A stretch of DNA of 64,000 nt from Macrostomum lignano (taxonomy: Eukaryota), in contig NIVC01000199.1 in assembly GCA_002269645.1 (NCBI GenBank), positions 62,001-126,000 of the forward strand, written 5' to 3'. Under the pieces are notes generated by a model that was given only the letters and a program-made list of their open reading frames with translations, had not been told where the DNA came from and did no database searches. Position numbers and translations under genes: made by a program. This document shows positions 61,193 to 64,000 of the stretch, in pieces. Within the stretch, counting starts at the first letter, position 1. Each line of letters begins with the position of its first letter.

Positions 61193-61350
61193 CATTGTCG
61201 GATGATTCATCGTGCAGGAATGCACAAAACCGTGCAGGAATGCATTTCTGCGCCTAACGCTTTTTCAGTGAGATTTTACCATAGACATCCATTCCTGCAC
61301 GCAAAAGAGTGCAAGAATGCCATTCCTGCATGGAAAATCAGCCGACAATG
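61193..61350. mobile_element. Small inverted-repeat element
   Basis: cattgtcggatgattcatcgtgcaggaatg versus cattcctgcatggaaaatcagccgacaatg (imperfect ~30-bp IR) with a second internal tgcaggaatg/cattcctgca pair; no TSD seen. Confidence 0.5.
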
Positions 61351-63182
61351 ACAGTTTGTCGCGTCAGAGTGCAGCATTCCTGTGAGGTTGTCAATGAATG
61401 GTTTTATTGATTTTTGTTTTCATGGTGGAGGTAAGTTTAAACGATTTTGATCATCGCGGAGTGTTTTACAGGGCACGCGTGTTTTATAAAGGCCGTTTAG
61501 CCTCTTGCAAAAATGTTTACTTCTTCAGTTGAACGCACTGATAATTTAATTCGCTGCATGCGATGCGACTCTCAACACAAGCATCGCGTGCGCTCACCCG
61601 CCAGCCCTGTCTATCAGGTTGCACGCCATGGATACAGAGATAATCCTGCAGCTCATACCGGCAGTTCGAGCTCGCTGAGCCGCTAATGCCCGCCCGCTGC
61701 CCGGATAGCTGCTAATTCCTTAAAGCACTCCGGTTGCACTTGGATTTTCATTCAGCGACGCCCTCGAGAGGAGGTCGGCGGTGGAGGGGGCGGACGGCGC
61801 TGCATGATGCTAAGGTAAAAATCAACGCCTGAGGGCGTTGCTGTCACGCGTAAATAGCGTGATCCTGGGGGCTTCGCATGCGAGCAGAAAGAGTGTTCTC
61901 CAGCTCTTTCCGGTCTCTCTGCCTGGGGAAGATTCTCCCCCCCCCTGTGATCCCAGCGGCTGCAGAATATCAGGCTTTTGGTTTTTCTTTCTTCTCCCCG
62001 ATTTCAATTGAAGGCGCGGCTGCGGGGCTAATAAGCGGAAGGCGGAATCATTAAATTTAATATCTCTTATTGAGCACTGGAAACTCTGGGTGCTGCGGCA
62101 ATTGCGAAGGCTATTAAAAACGGTTGGACACAAGTCTACATGTATATATTTTAAAGAGCCGGCAGCTATTGGTAATTATATTCGCTAAATTTAAATCACT
62201 TCATGATATTTTGCTTTCAGACCGATGTCGCTAAAAATGACGTTTGAAATTAGAAACGGTTTTCGTTCTGTGAGGGCGGTCTTGCAGTCCGAGGCCATGA
62301 CCTGACCGTCAGAGGGCGGCGTTGCTTCCAGGCTGTGGTCGAGACCGTTCTGCTCTAGGACACCGGAGAATTTGGACGCTGACGGACTTGCTGGAGCAGC
62401 GAGCTGATGCCATCTTCAGAAGCAGTGACGAATGAGCTACCATCTCGATAGGCAACCTGTTACTCCGTCGGCGACTCCAGGTGCCAGGCCAACATCATCC
62501 GCGTCGAATCGTGCTGCCCACAGCCACAGTGAAGATGCTTTTATTGAACTTACAGTTGCCATTCGTCTGTCTTGTTATGCTGCAGAGGTTACATTTAAGG
62601 ACCAGTGGAATTTCAGAAAATCCTGTCTCTAGAACATGCATGCGTGCGTGCCTTTGCAAGTTTACAGATTTTATGCTTAAAAGTACTTTTTTTAATCGCA
62701 GTTGCTAAAAATATCAAAAAACTTTGACTCTACCTCCAAACAAAAACATTGTCCCTTCTTGAACGTAATTCAGAGGAAAAATAATTGAAGTTGAGCCTCC
62801 AGTGGATTTTGTCATTTTTTTGACATACTAATCATTCCAGCACATTAGGTGCAGTGGTGTTTGGCCCACATTATCGTACACAAAATGTAATAACTGATGT
62901 ATTATGTCTATGGTACACATGAAGAGAGCGAAATAATGACATTTTTATGAATAATGAATAGAGTTGACCGTCTCTGGCAGAGGCAGCATTTTTGTGGGTA
63001 AATTTTTTGCCCACTGCAACAATTCTACTTTCAAATAGATTGGAAGTTTATTTTTGATTGATTCGTCTTATTGCAAAGATGAAATGAAATTGCAAGAGTA
63101 TTGCTATAATTATTTTAGTGAAGCAAAAATTTAAGCTAACCAGCGACACTGAAGCGTAAAAAATCAACCACGAGTTCATCTG

Positions 63183-63359
63183 ATGAATCCGCATATTGGC
63201 GAACGGCTGCTGCTCCTTGTTCTCTGCTTGTACATCAGTTCGCGTAATGTTGCAGCCACTCCAGCATGGCGTGAGTCCTCTTCTTTGCGACAGTCTTTTC
63301 TGGATTTGAGTTTGGAAATAAGCGGATTTTCTGGGCAATTTATGGGGTTTTCGGTGCCA
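63183..63359 (+). CDS. Possible first exon of a secreted protein continuing beyond the window
   Basis: MNPHIGERLLLLVLCLYISSRNVAA-TPAW looks like a signal peptide; candidate donor CCA|gttaga followed by an intron-type minisatellite. Confidence 0.35.
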
Positions 63360-63384
63360 GTTAGAAATATGCTGAGAGGGAAAC

Positions 63385-63930
63385 AGTGAGACGGAGACTG
63401 TGAGGGAGACTGTTTGGGAGATATTGAGAAGAAGACTGAGAGAGGGAGATTGTGAGAAGGAGGCTAAAAGGGAGGCTGTAAGGGAGACTGAGAAGGAGAT
63501 AGTGAGAGGAGACTGAGAGGAAGACTATGAGCGAGACTATGAGGGAGCCTTTGAGACGGAGACTGTGAGAGGGAGACTGTGAGGGAGACAGTGAGGAAGA
63601 TAGTGAGAGGGAGACTGAGAGGGAGACTGTGAGAGGGAGACTGAGAGGGAGACAGTGATCGAGGGAGATGTGAGAGGAAGACTGAGAGGGAGACTGTGAG
63701 GGAGACTGAGAGGGAGACTGTGAGAGGGAGACTGTGAGGGAGACTGTGAGGGAGACTGAGAGGGAGACTGTGAGGGAGACTGTGAGGGAGACTGTGAGGG
63801 AGACTGAGAGGGAGACTGAGAGGGAGACTGTGAGGGAGACTGTGAGGGAGACTGTGAGGGAGACTGTGAGGGAGACTGTGAGGGAGACTGAGAGGGAGAC
63901 TGTGAGAGGGAGACTGTGAGAGGGAGAATG
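63385..63930. repeat. 12/14-bp GA-rich minisatellite
   Basis: Unit gagggagactgt. Confidence 0.92.
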
Positions 63931-64000
63931 GGAGAGCGAGGCAGTGAGGAGACTATGAATCGCCATTAGAGAGTGGTATCTATGAATGAACACAGTATTG

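Overview
Eukaryotic, intron-containing animal genomic DNA with GC-rich exons, AT-rich spacers and introns packed with minisatellites. The overall style suggests a free-living flatworm such as Macrostomum (inference only). Six spliced or single-exon genes reconstruct on the + strand: mitochondrial EF-Tu (4 exons), Elongin A (2 exons), EFTUD2/Snu114 (5 exons), an SLC10/P3-type transporter (5 exons, one apparent 1-nt frameshift), an ACK-family SAM-kinase-SH3-CRIB protein whose catalytic motifs are all lost, and a divergent rhodopsin-type GPCR. An intronless ABHD17-like depalmitoylase lies on the - strand. The 10.5-kb second intron of the SLC10 gene hides a complete, phase-consistent 4-exon antisense gene encoding a highly divergent ETS-domain protein, which the ORF track does not show as a unit. 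The window also holds many DNA-transposon derivatives with readable TIRs and TSDs (mariner, maT/DD37D-like, Merlin, hAT-like MITEs, a long-TIR foldback), two tRNA-derived SINE families and a Crypton-like fragment. One MITE family (2 copies) carries a degenerate copy of the 28S rRNA segment that contains the R2 retrotransposon target site. All calls come from manual reading; no database searches were run.
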